This document shows, piece by piece, positions 18,546-28,975 of a stretch of DNA of 64,000 nucleotides. The stretch covers positions 3,360,001 through 3,424,000 of the forward strand of contig OZ244621.1 of assembly GCA_965218425.1 (NCBI GenBank), in the 5' to 3' direction. This DNA is from an uncultured Candidatus Binatia bacterium (GTDB lineage Bacteria; Desulfobacterota; Binatia; UBA9968; CAXXLF01). Both the position numbers and the translations under genes were made by a program. Positions within the stretch are counted from its first letter, which is position 1; each line of letters begins with the position of its first letter. Under the pieces are notes generated by a model. The model had not been told where the DNA came from, ran no database searches, and saw nothing but the letters and a program-made list of their open reading frames with translations.

Positions 18546-20327
18546 TTGGTAAATGTCCGCATGGTTCGCTCCAAAGCTCAGATCGAAAGATTGATACAAG
18601 GCGGGTTGGGTGAGATCAAAGCGGACCTCATCTTGACCCACGGCAGACTCGTCAATGTATATTCCGGCGAGATCCTGCAAGACGTGGAGATCGCCGTGCT
18701 GGACGAGAGGATTTGCTATGTGGGCGAGAGTGCGGTCCATACGCGAGGCGAATCCACGGAGACCTTTGATGCCCAGGGATTATATATTTCCCCTGGATTT
18801 ATCGATGGTCATACTCACATAGGTCATTTTTGCCGGCCCCATGAGTTCTTGCAGGCCTATCTTCCCTGTGGAACCACTTCCTTGATGACGTCGTGCGACG
18901 AGCATGCGGCCGTATTTGGTTACGAGGGTGTTCGACTCTTTCTCCAAGAAGTGGAAAGTCATCCCCTGCGTGTTTACACGCTCATCTCCATGGTCGCTCC
19001 CCAGGACCCTCTCCTTTGCAATGCACGTTCTCTGTCCCAAGAGGAGGTGGCGGAAGGACTGGCGGATCCCCGGGTGCTGGGTCTGGGGGAGATCGTCTCC
19101 TGGCTCCGGGTCCTGCAAAGGGATCAGGAGGTCCTGGAGCGGATCGAGATGACCCTCGGTCAGGGCAAAATCATCCATGGCCACACATCCGGGGCCAGGG
19201 ACCGGAAGCTTGGGGCAATGGCCGCTGCGGCGATCTCGTCCTGTCACGAACCCGTGAGTGAACGTGACGCGGTGGAAAGGCTTCGCCTGGGATATTGGGT
19301 GATGTTGAGGGAGGGATCTTTTCGCCGCGACTTGGAGCCAACCTTAAGGCCCATGGTTGAACGCAAATTGAGCACCCAGCGGTTGATACTGGTCACCGAC
19401 AGTACGGGACCTGACGACGTGGAGGACCACGGCCATGTGGACTTCGTGCTGCGGCGGGCTGTGGAGATTGGATTGGCGCCGCTCAAAGCAATTCAGGCTG
19501 TGACCCTGAACCCAGCAACCTACGCTGGTTTGGATCAAGACATCGGCGGCATTGCCCCGGGACGATTCGCGGATTTCACGCTGTTAAGGGACCTGAAGAC
19601 GTTTGAAGTGGAATCCACATTCATTGGTGGACGCTTGGTGGCGCGCCGGGGCGAGTCTCTGGTAGCCGGCGATCCCATCAGCGTTCCCGACAGCACCACA
19701 ACGTCTATTCACCTTCGACCCACGGTGTCTCCCGACGCCTTTCGCATTGCCTGTCCATACCCTTCGGTAAAAGTCCGCGCCATGGAGTTGCTAAATCACA
19801 CCATTACCCGAGAGACGATGATTCAGGTTCAATCCGTTAACGGTGCCCTTCGAGCCGATCCCGGTGAAGACATATTGAAAGTGGCGGTCTTTGATCGCCA
19901 CACTGAAAGTGGAAGGATTTCTCATGGCCTTCTCAAGGGCTTTGGGGCGAGGGTGGGGGCCGTGGGCACCACGGTGAACCTCGATGAATACGCGCTGTTG
20001 GTTGCGGGAAGTAACGACGAAGACATGGCCCGGTGCGCCAATGTGCTGATTGAGCAGGGAGGGGGCTTGGCTGTGGTGGACCGGGGGGAGATACTGGAAC
20101 GAATCAGCTTTCCCGTGGGAGGGATCTTTTCTTTGGCGCCGTGGCAAGAAGTCGGAAAGGGGCTGAAAAGGATTCACCGTTGCTTGGCGGACAGGGGATC
20201 GCCATTTCCCAAGCCCATCTATCCGCTGTTTTTTCTTACCTTTGTGACCCTCCCGGCGCTGAGGATCACAGATCGCGGGCTCATTTCGGTTAAGGATCGG
20301 AGGATCGTCCCTCTGGTTGTGGAGTAA
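18546..20327 (+). CDS. ade: Adenine deaminase (AdeC family)
   Basis: PGFIDGHTH, GLGE, SSCHE, LREGS, VTD, TLNPA, IAPGRFAD, LPALRITDRG; start may be 18561. Confidence 0.85.
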   Translation: MVNVRMVRSKAQIERLIQGGLGEIKADLILTHGRLVNVYSGEILQDVEIAVLDERICYVGESAVHTRGESTETFDAQGLYISPGFIDGHTHIGHFCRPHEFLQAYLPCGTTSLMTSCDEHAAVFGYEGVRLFLQEVESHPLRVYTLISMVAPQDPLLCNARSLSQEEVAEGLADPRVLGLGEIVSWLRVLQRDQEVLERIEMTLGQGKIIHGHTSGARDRKLGAMAAAAISSCHEPVSERDAVERLRLGYWVMLREGSFRRDLEPTLRPMVERKLSTQRLILVTDSTGPDDVEDHGHVDFVLRRAVEIGLAPLKAIQAVTLNPATYAGLDQDIGGIAPGRFADFTLLRDLKTFEVESTFIGGRLVARRGESLVAGDPISVPDSTTTSIHLRPTVSPDAFRIACPYPSVKVRAMELLNHTITRETMIQVQSVNGALRADPGEDILKVAVFDRHTESGRISHGLLKGFGARVGAVGTTVNLDEYALLVAGSNDEDMARCANVLIEQGGGLAVVDRGEILERISFPVGGIFSLAPWQEVGKGLKRIHRCLADRGSPFPKPIYPLFFLTFVTLPALRITDRGLISVKDRRIVPLVVE

Positions 20328-20329
20328 TA

Positions 20330-20530
20330 GATCCCTGGCGCATGAGGGGGAGGACCTTGCCCTTTCTCTGTTCTTTTTTCATGAAAGAGTCTCCCTCGAA
20401 GACGGCGCCGTCTCCAATGAGCGGATTAGGGGTAGTGATATCCCCCGCCAGGACACCTGTGGGTTGGATCTCGATTCTCTTTTCCACTTGAATGTCGCCT
20501 TTAACTGAGAAGGCAGCGCCTTGAACCATT
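20330..20530 (-). pseudogene. C-terminal remnant of a bactofilin
   Basis: VKGDIQVEKRIEIQPTGVLAGDITT...GAVFEG beta-helix repeats; N-terminal half missing. Confidence 0.65.
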
Positions 20531-20556
20531 AAAACCTTGGCCGGCATAATCGAATC

Positions 20557-21354
20557 CTAAGACGGGGGTTTTCGCAGAAAAAAATATTGAGTTCCGTGTT
20601 CAGCTTCCTTTTTGACTGCAACGTTCACCCCGAAGATCTCTGTTAAGGCCTTTTCATTGACGACATCTTCTACCTTCCCGAACGCGACGAGTTCGCCCGA
20701 TTTGAGCAGCAAAGCTTTATCCGCAAATAGTGAGATTAGGTTCAGATCGTGTAATACGGCGACTATGGTTAATAGTTTTTCCTGGCAGATCCTCTTTAAG
20801 ACTTCCAAAATTTGTAATTGAAAATAGATGTCCAGGTGAGTCGTTGGTTCGTCCATTATAAGGAGATGCGAGGTTTGCGCGAGAACCCTGGCGATCAATA
20901 CCTTTTGTCTTTCGCCTCCGCTAAGAGAGGTGAATCTTTTGTCCTTCAATGAAAGGGAACCCGTCAGACGAAGCGCTTCTTCCACCGCCTTTCCATCTTC
21001 GGGAGTTTCTTTGAAGCGGTTCGAATAGGCGTATCTACCCAAAGAGACCAACTCTCCCACCGTGAGAGGAAAACTAAAAGTCGGCTCTTGGGAGACATAA
21101 CCGAGTTTTTTGGCTCTATCTTTGGCCTTGTAGGAGAGTATGGGTTTGCCGTCGAGGAGGACCTCGCCTTTGCTGGGACAAAAAATCCCCAGAATGGTCT
21201 TTAATAGCGTGGTCTTGCCCGAGCCGTTGGGGCCCATGAGGGCGACGAAGTCTCCCGCCTGGATGGAAAAGTTGATATCTTTTAACACCGGGGAGCCTCC
21301 GTAGCCGAAGGAGGTGCCTTTTAATTCGAGCAAAGTGTTTTGTGTCATATCCAT
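20557..21354 (-). CDS. Cobalamin/iron-chelate ABC ATPase (BtuD/FepC-like)
   Basis: GPNGSGKT, LSGGERQ, MDEPTTHLD, VLHDLN. Confidence 0.92.
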   Translation of the reverse strand: MDMTQNTLLELKGTSFGYGGSPVLKDINFSIQAGDFVALMGPNGSGKTTLLKTILGIFCPSKGEVLLDGKPILSYKAKDRAKKLGYVSQEPTFSFPLTVGELVSLGRYAYSNRFKETPEDGKAVEEALRLTGSLSLKDKRFTSLSGGERQKVLIARVLAQTSHLLIMDEPTTHLDIYFQLQILEVLKRICQEKLLTIVAVLHDLNLISLFADKALLLKSGELVAFGKVEDVVNEKALTEIFGVNVAVKKEAEHGTQYFFLRKPPS

Positions 21355-22329
21355 TTATAGCCCGTATTCTCCCTTCTCTCTCTTTAATAAATATAAAAAG
21401 AAGGGGACGCCACATAGAGAGGTCACCACGCCCACGGGTAGCTCGGAGGGAGCAATGACCCCTTTCGCGATAATATCGCAGAGAATCAAGAATGTGCCGC
21501 CTACGAAAAAGGTGAAAGGGAACAGAACACGATGATCGGCGCCAAAAATCATGCGTATCATGTGGGGGACAATGAGGCCAACAAAGCCTATCAAACCTGC
21601 AACCGAAACAGATACTGAAGTTAGAAATGCAGCAACGATGGCGTAGATGGATTGAACAAAGACTGTATTGATGCCACTGCTTTTTGCCGTTTCGTCTCCC
21701 AGCAAGAGGATGTTCAATTCTCTGGAATAATAAAAGGCGACAAGGACCCCTATGGGCACGAAGGATAGGGTTACCAACGCCGTGTCCCAACTGGAGGTGG
21801 AAAATCCACCCAGGAAGAAAAAGATTAGTGCCTTTAACTCTTCTTCGGCCATGATCATGAGAATGGCTACCAGCGAGGAAAGAAACAGGCCAACCCCTAA
21901 GCCGGAGAGGAGCAATCGAAAGGGTGAGATGGTTCCACTGCGCGAGCCAAAGTAGAAAACCAGAGCGAGTGCAGCGAGGGAGCCTAAAAAAGAAAAGAAA
22001 CTCACTCCGGTGAACGCTGCCAAGGGAGACGTAAACCCCAGAACGATAGCCGTGGCCGCACCCAGAGAGGCCCCGGAGGAGATCCCCAGGATGTAACTAT
22101 CCGCCAGGGGGTTACGAAAGAGCCCCTGAAATATCGCGCCGGCAAGGGCCAACCCTCCCCCCACAAAAAAAGTGGAAACGAGTCGTGGCAATCGGAGATT
22201 GAAGAGGATCACCTTGTCAGTAGGCGACATGTTTAGCAGAGACATTTTCACGGGCCCTGTGCCGAGGGCCAAGGCGATGGAAACGAGAAGTAGGCAGAGG
22301 ATAACAATCCAACCCTGAAATTGATTCAT
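21355..22329 (-). CDS. FecCD/BtuC permease
   Basis: LRLPR, FRNPLA, GISSGA, IGFVGLIVPH, ELPVGV. Confidence 0.93.
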   Translation of the reverse strand: MNQFQGWIVILCLLLVSIALALGTGPVKMSLLNMSPTDKVILFNLRLPRLVSTFFVGGGLALAGAIFQGLFRNPLADSYILGISSGASLGAATAIVLGFTSPLAAFTGVSFFSFLGSLAALALVFYFGSRSGTISPFRLLLSGLGVGLFLSSLVAILMIMAEEELKALIFFFLGGFSTSSWDTALVTLSFVPIGVLVAFYYSRELNILLLGDETAKSSGINTVFVQSIYAIVAAFLTSVSVSVAGLIGFVGLIVPHMIRMIFGADHRVLFPFTFFVGGTFLILCDIIAKGVIAPSELPVGVVTSLCGVPFFLYLLKREKGEYGL

Positions 22330-22348
22330 ATCCAATCCACCATGGACG

Positions 22349-23299
22349 CTATGAGCCACTCCCTGGATTCAATTGAAAGATTTGCTCTGTTGCATGCTTT
22401 CCGAAAAGGCACCTGTAGATTTTGTTTACCCCATCCAAAAATTGGATCCGGCGCCTTAAATTCGCTTCATGGATCAAGCAAATATGATTGTTCTTCACTG
22501 CATCGAGTTCCCTCCATTCGGGGCGTTTGACAATACGATTAACAAAATCCAAGTGATGGTTCATGAAGATCATGACTTCTGGATTGCGCTTGATGATCGA
22601 TTCTATGCTTACCTTCCCTGAGTCAAATGCCATATCTTCGAAGATATTGATACCACCAGCTAGGGTCAGGAGGGATTGAGAAAAAGAACCCTTCCCCACA
22701 GTAATCATGGGATCGGGCCAGGTTTGGAGATATACTCTTTTTTTCTTTTTCCGCGCGGTCTTTGTCTGGATTTCTCTCAGGCCTTGATCCACCTCTTCGA
22801 GTATGGCTCTCGCCCTTGCCGTTCGATTCAATATTTTTCCCAAGAGCAAGAAGTCTTTCTTGAGCCAATCGATGTTTTGAGCGTATAGACTCAACACGGG
22901 GTAGCCGAGTCTCTTGAGGGGCGTTACCGCCTTTTGCTGGCTTGGTCCGTTGGCCAATATGAGATCAGGTCCTATTTCGACGATCAGCTCCAGGTTGGGG
23001 TCAAAGCCACCGCCTATGATCTTCATTTTCTTGTCCTTGATCCGCTGGACCAGCTCTTGGGGAAATCGATCGTACCGCGTTCCTCCGTATAGTCGTTCGC
23101 AGTCCAATAGACAAACAAGTTCAGAATTTGTAGGCACCAGGGAGACAACCCTTTTTATCTCTTTCCTGATCGTCACCTGATACCCCAGGTCGTCGGTTAC
23201 GCTCCTCCAGGCCTCTTTCGGGGCCGTTTTACAGCCTGCGAATATTAGCAGCGATATTAAACAAACGTAGATTGGGACCCTATGACCTGACGGCTTCAT
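22349..23299 (-). CDS. BtuF-like periplasmic-binding lipoprotein
   Basis: Lipobox FAGC, VTDDLG, RVVSLVPTNSE, PNLE...PDL, AVKNN. Confidence 0.9.
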   Translation of the reverse strand: MKPSGHRVPIYVCLISLLIFAGCKTAPKEAWRSVTDDLGYQVTIRKEIKRVVSLVPTNSELVCLLDCERLYGGTRYDRFPQELVQRIKDKKMKIIGGGFDPNLELIVEIGPDLILANGPSQQKAVTPLKRLGYPVLSLYAQNIDWLKKDFLLLGKILNRTARARAILEEVDQGLREIQTKTARKKKKRVYLQTWPDPMITVGKGSFSQSLLTLAGGINIFEDMAFDSGKVSIESIIKRNPEVMIFMNHHLDFVNRIVKRPEWRELDAVKNNHICLIHEANLRRRIQFLDGVNKIYRCLFGKHATEQIFQLNPGSGS

Positions 23300-23406
23300 G
23301 GTTTCAAATATGACTTCTCATTCGCTCTAGGGGACACAAATCTAACAGCCCGGAATGACCAGGTGCAAACCCCTTAAGTTTCGCGGTGATGGTTTGTGGT
23401 TGGATG

Positions 23407-25449
23407 TCATTGTTTGTTGTACCGAAATTTTATCCCCGCAAACACCGTTGTGGTTGGGAAAGGGACCAGAAAGGGTTGAGCAGGGAATCCACCGACGATT
23501 CCGAATGTTTCAAACTTATTGTTGGTGAGATTGCTCCCGGTGATGTACCCGGTAAAATTCTTCCAGTTGTAGCTGACTTTGCCGTTGAGAACGAAATAAT
23601 CATCTAATTTCTTGAAATCGTTGGGCTCGTCGTTCGCGAGAAATTGCCTTCCTACATAATTGCCGAACAGAGAAACCGTCAAGCCCTCCACGGGCAGGAA
23701 ATTTACGCTGAAACCCACACGGTGATTCGGTACCAGTGGAAATTCGTCTCCTTTTCTCACCTGCCCGGAAAAGAGGAGAACATCGGTTTCAAAGGTAGCC
23801 TTGGCATACGTATAGTTTAAGAAGCCGTTGAGCCGTTTCCCATAACGGCCGTTGATCCTTATTTCCACCCCTCGTCTGAGGCTATTGCTGATATTGACGT
23901 TGCGTCCGGAAAAGGTCGCTGGGTCTGTTACCACAAACAAAATTTCATCTTTGACCGGCGTATAGAAGAAAACCACAGACCCGTCCAGCCAGGGGGCGAG
24001 GCCGCCTCTCACCCCAACCTCGAAATTCTGGGACCTCACCGGGTCGAGGTCCGCAATGACCGGAGCAAAACCGGGAGGATCAAAGGCGGGAAACTCTGAG
24101 ACGCTGGGGGTGCGAAACCCTTGGGAATAATTGAAGTAAAAGCCTAGATTCGGTAAAGGATTGTAAACGATACCGGCTCTGGGACTGAAATGGTCGAAGG
24201 TTGCCACGAAACTAAAGGCCGGCGTGATTCGATCCGTCAGATCCATGCGGCCCCAATCGTAGCGAAACCCTCCCGTCACTGAAAGAGACTCGAAGATATC
24301 CAACGTATCGATGAAATAAAATCCAACCGCGTCTTCATCAGCGGATGTGCGGGCGGCAAGGGGGAAGCCAGAGAAAGTCGCCGTCGTATCGTTTGTAAAA
24401 TGATTGTTGCCGTATTCGACTCCTAGATTAAAAGAGTTCCTTTCGCTGAGGGCGCGATCGTTGCTGAACTGCAATGTCCCCCCCCACTGCTGGTAGTCAT
24501 TAAAGGCATCGGAGACACTGGTGAGACCCACCACGAAGCTCTCGGTGTCATTATCTCGGTAATAGGAGTTCAGGGCCATGGAAAAGCCTGTCGGCAGCTT
24601 CTGCCTCAGGTTAAGAGCAGCCAGATTGTAGGTGCTATCCTTAAAGTCACCCGGAGTTGCGTTATCTCTTCTGTGCCGATCCAACCGTGCTTGTGTCAAA
24701 GGGCCTGCCTGCTTCAACACGTCGGTCACGTGGGTATACGAAAAGGCGACGTCTGTTCCCGTTTCATTGGAATATCCGAGTTTGTTGAAGATCCGCGTGA
24801 TGCGGCCGTCTGAATCCTGTCGATAACCGTTGGAGAGTTCTCTTGTCCCACTGAAGTAGTAATTTAAATCAGGCAGCGGTAGGGGGATGTCCCCTGCAAA
24901 ACTGTATTTCTGTCTAAAATAACTCCCACCACCTGCTTCCCCACTGACACTCGGCGTGTCTTTGGACCCTCGCTTCATGGTGATATTGATTACACCCCCG
25001 AGGGAGTTGCGGCCGTAGACAGTGCCGGGACCATAGAGGATCTCAATTTTCTCAATATCTTCGATGGGGATGAAGTCAAAATTGACCTGGTTGAAGTCCG
25101 CTTCATTGACCCTTACGCCATCCACAAAAACGGTGGTACCCGTTACCGGTAACCCGTTGAATCCGCGTAGATCCACCGTGGATTGAAATTCGTTGCCGAT
25201 CTGATCGTAGAGAACAATGCCCGTTTGATACTGGATTGCCTCCTGGACGGTCTTTGCACCTTGCCTTTCAATGCCCTCCTTCGTGATGACGGCTACCTTG
25301 TTGGGTATCCTCGTGACGTCTTCTTCAACGTCCTTGAGTCGCGTTGTGGTAACTATAAGGGGTTTGAGGGTCTCTTCCTGTTCGGGCTCGGCCGCTGGTG
25401 ACCCCATGGGAAGAAAAGTAAGAAAAAGAACGATAAGGAACGGTTTCAT
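23407..25449 (-). CDS. TonB-dependent receptor, probably cobalamin (BtuB-like)
   Basis: Signal peptide, plug motifs LRGF, VFVDGV, IEKIEILYGP...YG..SLGGVINI; directly behind a cobalamin riboswitch. Confidence 0.92.
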   Translation of the reverse strand: MKPFLIVLFLTFLPMGSPAAEPEQEETLKPLIVTTTRLKDVEEDVTRIPNKVAVITKEGIERQGAKTVQEAIQYQTGIVLYDQIGNEFQSTVDLRGFNGLPVTGTTVFVDGVRVNEADFNQVNFDFIPIEDIEKIEILYGPGTVYGRNSLGGVINITMKRGSKDTPSVSGEAGGGSYFRQKYSFAGDIPLPLPDLNYYFSGTRELSNGYRQDSDGRITRIFNKLGYSNETGTDVAFSYTHVTDVLKQAGPLTQARLDRHRRDNATPGDFKDSTYNLAALNLRQKLPTGFSMALNSYYRDNDTESFVVGLTSVSDAFNDYQQWGGTLQFSNDRALSERNSFNLGVEYGNNHFTNDTTATFSGFPLAARTSADEDAVGFYFIDTLDIFESLSVTGGFRYDWGRMDLTDRITPAFSFVATFDHFSPRAGIVYNPLPNLGFYFNYSQGFRTPSVSEFPAFDPPGFAPVIADLDPVRSQNFEVGVRGGLAPWLDGSVVFFYTPVKDEILFVVTDPATFSGRNVNISNSLRRGVEIRINGRYGKRLNGFLNYTYAKATFETDVLLFSGQVRKGDEFPLVPNHRVGFSVNFLPVEGLTVSLFGNYVGRQFLANDEPNDFKKLDDYFVLNGKVSYNWKNFTGYITGSNLTNNKFETFGIVGGFPAQPFLVPFPTTTVFAGIKFRYNKQ

Positions 25450-25482
25450 ACAAACTCCTTTCCCGCGAAAGGGGAGGTTTGT
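25450..25482 (-). promoter_or_regulatory. RBS-sequestering hairpin of cobalamin riboswitch 1
   Basis: ACAAACCTCCCCTTTCGCGGGAAAGGAGTTTGT-ATG folds over the AAGGAG SD. Confidence 0.7.
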
Positions 25483-25483
25483 G

Positions 25484-25705
25484 GCGGAATGGATAGGTCT
25501 CCTGGCTTGGGCTTTGTCCTACTCGCCGCGCCTTCCCGCCGTTCCGTTATTCGTGTAATAGTTTATTCGTTTATGGTATTGGACCCATAACGATTGAACG
25601 AATTAACGAGTAACGAAGCCGGCAGTGGCTTCCCTGCGGCTTTCGTGGCCTTCACAGTTGCGGGGCAGCAGGGGATTCTCACCCCTTTCCCTTGCATCCA
25701 TCCGC
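25484..25705 (-). ncRNA. Cobalamin riboswitch 1
   Basis: AAGGGAA-GGGGTGAGAATCCCC-GCTGCCCCGCAACTGT...AGCCACTG...GGGAAGG...AAGCCAGGAGACCT (B12 box). Confidence 0.93.
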
Positions 25706-25739
25706 GGCCAATTGGATTACAGCTAAATGATACGTTCGA

Positions 25740-26576
25740 CTACTTTTTGAGTTCCTCCAGGTCAAATACGATGGGTATCTTTACCCAACTCTCTATCGTT
25801 TTCGATCCGGATCGAGCCGGTTGGAAACGCCAATGTTTAACCGCTTTCGCGGCGGCCTTATCGAGGGTCGTGAATCCGGAGCTTCGGCTGATCTCGATGA
25901 ACTCGGCTTCTCCCTTTTGATCCACCAAGACCCTGAGGAGGGTAGTTCCCTCCCATCCCATTTTCCTTGCGTGCCTGGGGTATTTCGGTTTTGCCACGCG
26001 GGCGTACCTGACCCCCACAAAGCGGTTTGTTCTTTCGTCATTGCCCAGGAAATTGACTTCTTTGGTAGCCTTGGCTGTCTTTATGGTGGATTCATGGGCA
26101 GGGTCCTCGCTTGGAGCCTCGGGTGTTATGAAATCCCCAATTTCGGAATGGGAAACCGCATTTTCTACTTCTGGTTGGCTTTCAGAATGCACTCTTTGAA
26201 CATTCTTGGGCTCTGTTACCACGGTAAGAGGCTTCGCATCTGGCAGCGGTTTTCTAGCCTTGGCCGTTTTCTTTTTTGGTGACTTGATTGGCTTCTTGGG
26301 GCGAACTTTTGCCAGCTTCTTTTTGATAATAGTTGTTTTAGGTTCCTTTTTTTTGGCTTTTTCTTTGTGATGGCTTTCGGCTTGGTTATGTTTTTAGGAT
26401 TCGTTGGCCGAATTTTCGGCTGAATAGCACCATCCCTGGAGGTCTTCACTGGTTCCGCCTTCTGGGTGCTCAGGACAAGGGTCACGGGGATGGCGTTGTT
26501 GATTACGCAAACCCGGTAGGGCCAAAACAAGAGAGTGAATCAGCGCGGAGATTAGGAGGAACCAAACCATCTTCAT
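25740..26576 (-). pseudogene. TonB energy transducer, frameshifted
   Basis: TM with SALIH, Lys-rich linker and TonB_C (PKYPRHAR...SSGFTTLD...WRFQPA) lie in three ORFs. Confidence 0.85.
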
Positions 26577-26683
26577 ATCGGTTGACGGAGAGCTTATGGT
26601 CTCTACCGAAAGATGGTTTGAAACGAGGGATCCGAAGGTACGCTTTCAGACCCTCCTCCCTCCATCGGAGAGGCCGGCCTCAT

Positions 26684-26876
26684 GTCCCTAGGCAGGTTTC
26701 CTGGCTCTGGCCTTAGCCTACTCGCCGCGCCTTCCCACCGGTTCGTTATTCGTTTTTGGCATTCACGAGTAACGACGCCGGCCGTGGCTTGTCTGCGACT
26801 TTCGTGGCCATCACAGTGGCGGGACCGCACCGGATTTGCACCGGTTTCCCTATTATCCCGTGTGGGCACCTAGGAC
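26684..26876 (-). ncRNA. Cobalamin riboswitch 2
   Basis: AGGTG...AATAGGGAAACCGGTGCAAATCCGGTGCGGTCCCGCCACTGT...GGGAAGG...GAGCCAGGAAACCTGCC; TTGACA at 26919-26914 upstream. Confidence 0.95.
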
Positions 26877-26934
26877 TTATTGTGTGATTCTTTTAGCTGA
26901 GAGCCAACTTGCTTGTCAAGTATATATTAAATTT

Positions 26935-27873
26935 TCATTGGCCCGATTGAAGGTCTTGAATGAAGTCCTTAAATCCTGCTTCCATGTTGAACTGGGGTTC
27001 CCATCCCAGAGACCCCTTGGCTTGGGAGATGGACATGGGCTGGGTGACCGAGTGTGGCGGCTTCCCGGGTATGATTTCCACCTGGAGCTTGGGAAGGAGC
27101 CCCTCTGCCGTGCCCACGAGTTCGTCGAACTTGGTTATGACACCGGCCCCGATATTAAAAATGGTTTTGGCAGGTAACGGGATGGTTGCGGCCAGGTCGA
27201 TGGCGCGGCCCACGTCTTTAAAATAAACATACTCAAAGTCTCTGGTTTGCTCTTGGGCGATTCGTGTCACATTTCCCGTGAGCCCGTTCTGTAGAAGGTT
27301 TTGGATCATTTCCCCACCGCCGGAGCCGGACCAGAAATGACCTAGACCGTAGACGTTGGCCAGGCGCAGAACCATGAGTTCAAAACCGTATTGACGTTGG
27401 TAGGCTTCCAGGATCAGTTCCTTTGCCGCTTTTGAGTTGCCGTAGGCGGAGCCTCCTCCCTTGGCGAAGCCCTCCGTGATAGGTGAGGATACCTTCTGGC
27501 GCCGGTCGTAGACGCCATGGGTGCTGATATGCACCAGTCGCTTGACTCCTGTGAGCCGGACGGCCTCTGCTACATTGACGGTTCCCATCAGGTTAACCTG
27601 AAGACCTGTGTAAAGTGCCTCCGCCACCCGACCCCCGATGAGCCCGGCCGAGTGAACCACCGTATCCACCCGGTGGTCCTTGATGGCCTGGATCAGGGCC
27701 GGCAGGTCACGGACGTCCTTACGCACGATTTCAACTTTTACGTCTCCCAACTTTCTCCGCAGAAAATCCTGGCGTGGCTGCGGGTCAAGATAGACCAGGC
27801 GTTCTCCGCGTTTGAGCGCCGGTTGCCCAAAGGAAGTTCCCACAAGCCCGATGCCGGTGATGAGTGTGGTCAT
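26935..27873 (-). CDS. NAD-dependent epimerase/dehydratase
   Basis: ITGIGLVG, HIST, YGNSK, LRLANVYG. Confidence 0.9.
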   Translation of the reverse strand: MTTLITGIGLVGTSFGQPALKRGERLVYLDPQPRQDFLRRKLGDVKVEIVRKDVRDLPALIQAIKDHRVDTVVHSAGLIGGRVAEALYTGLQVNLMGTVNVAEAVRLTGVKRLVHISTHGVYDRRQKVSSPITEGFAKGGGSAYGNSKAAKELILEAYQRQYGFELMVLRLANVYGLGHFWSGSGGGEMIQNLLQNGLTGNVTRIAQEQTRDFEYVYFKDVGRAIDLAATIPLPAKTIFNIGAGVITKFDELVGTAEGLLPKLQVEIIPGKPPHSVTQPMSISQAKGSLGWEPQFNMEAGFKDFIQDLQSGQ

Positions 27874-27892
27874 TTCATATCCTCCAGATCTG

Positions 27893-28975
27893 TTATTTCA
27901 TCGGTAGCTTCACCGTGCCCCCGGCCTCTCGGCATTCCTTCTCGAAAATACGCCTGATTTCAGGATCCTCGTCCTCATACTCGATCTGGTAACCCCCTTC
28001 TTTAAGCGAGACATCTGAGTTAATGAGTCCAGGTTGGAGCTTGAAGCGGCGGCTGAGCATCTTGAGGGCCAGGTATCGAGCGGGCCGGTTTCCGGGGTTA
28101 AAGTGTTGATGGAACCAGTTCTCGGGGGGCACAACGATGGAACCCGGTTTCCAGTTGAAGCGCATTCTTTCCCGACCTTCAGGCCACATGAGGGAGTACC
28201 CCTCGCCGGCCACGATAAAGACATGGGCCCCAGGCCCGTGGCGGTGGGCCTTTTTATAAATACCCACGGGAAACTCTGAAATATGGGCGCCCATGGTACC
28301 TTCGGCAAGTTCGAAGAACATGGTGGCGTTCCCTTTGCCCCTTTCACTCCAGGCTATGGGCTCTAGGGTCGTGATGTCGGAAACAAAGTTCGTCTCAAGT
28401 ACACGGTCCTTGTAGAGCTTCGCCTTGCCGCCGAAGTAGTTCTCTTCCCCCTTGAACCTGTCCACGAAGGAGTAGGGGTTGTTCATGATAAAGTCTTCGT
28501 TGTGAAAGAGATTGAAGACCAGGGGAGCATCCGTGACGCCGAGGAGCCGAGCCTCGCGGTCTCCTTGCCCGTTAAAGTGCTGATACCAGGTATTCAAGGG
28601 GACGGCGAAGAGACTTCCCTTATGCCACTCGAAGCTCTGTTTGGGGCCGTTTTCTTGCCAGAGGGTTGTTGCCCCTCGACCCTCCAACACATAGACGAGT
28701 TCCTCGAAGAGATGTCGCTCGGGATTGAGACTTTTTCCCGGTTGGATGCTGCAAACAAAGGCATCGTCCTGGTACCCGCCGCCTTCCAGGTTGATAAAGG
28801 TTCCGTAGCCGCCTTTTCTTTCCCACCATTTGAGGGGCAAGGCCGTGATATCTTCGATGAAATACCCCTTGAAGACGTCGACACCTTGGCTCGTGGCCCA
28901 CGAATCGTAGGGTGTGTCTACGCGTTCTGCGTTACGATTTACTCTTTCGAATGACGGAAAGCTTTCAACCTTCAT
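27893..28975 (-). CDS. Bicupin protein (gentisate-dioxygenase-like fold)
   Basis: ERHLFEE...WYQHFN and KAHRHGPG...WFHQHFN; GGAGG RBS before ATG 28975. Confidence 0.82.
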   Translation of the reverse strand: MKVESFPSFERVNRNAERVDTPYDSWATSQGVDVFKGYFIEDITALPLKWWERKGGYGTFINLEGGGYQDDAFVCSIQPGKSLNPERHLFEELVYVLEGRGATTLWQENGPKQSFEWHKGSLFAVPLNTWYQHFNGQGDREARLLGVTDAPLVFNLFHNEDFIMNNPYSFVDRFKGEENYFGGKAKLYKDRVLETNFVSDITTLEPIAWSERGKGNATMFFELAEGTMGAHISEFPVGIYKKAHRHGPGAHVFIVAGEGYSLMWPEGRERMRFNWKPGSIVVPPENWFHQHFNPGNRPARYLALKMLSRRFKLQPGLINSDVSLKEGGYQIEYEDEDPEIRRIFEKECREAGGTVKLPMK

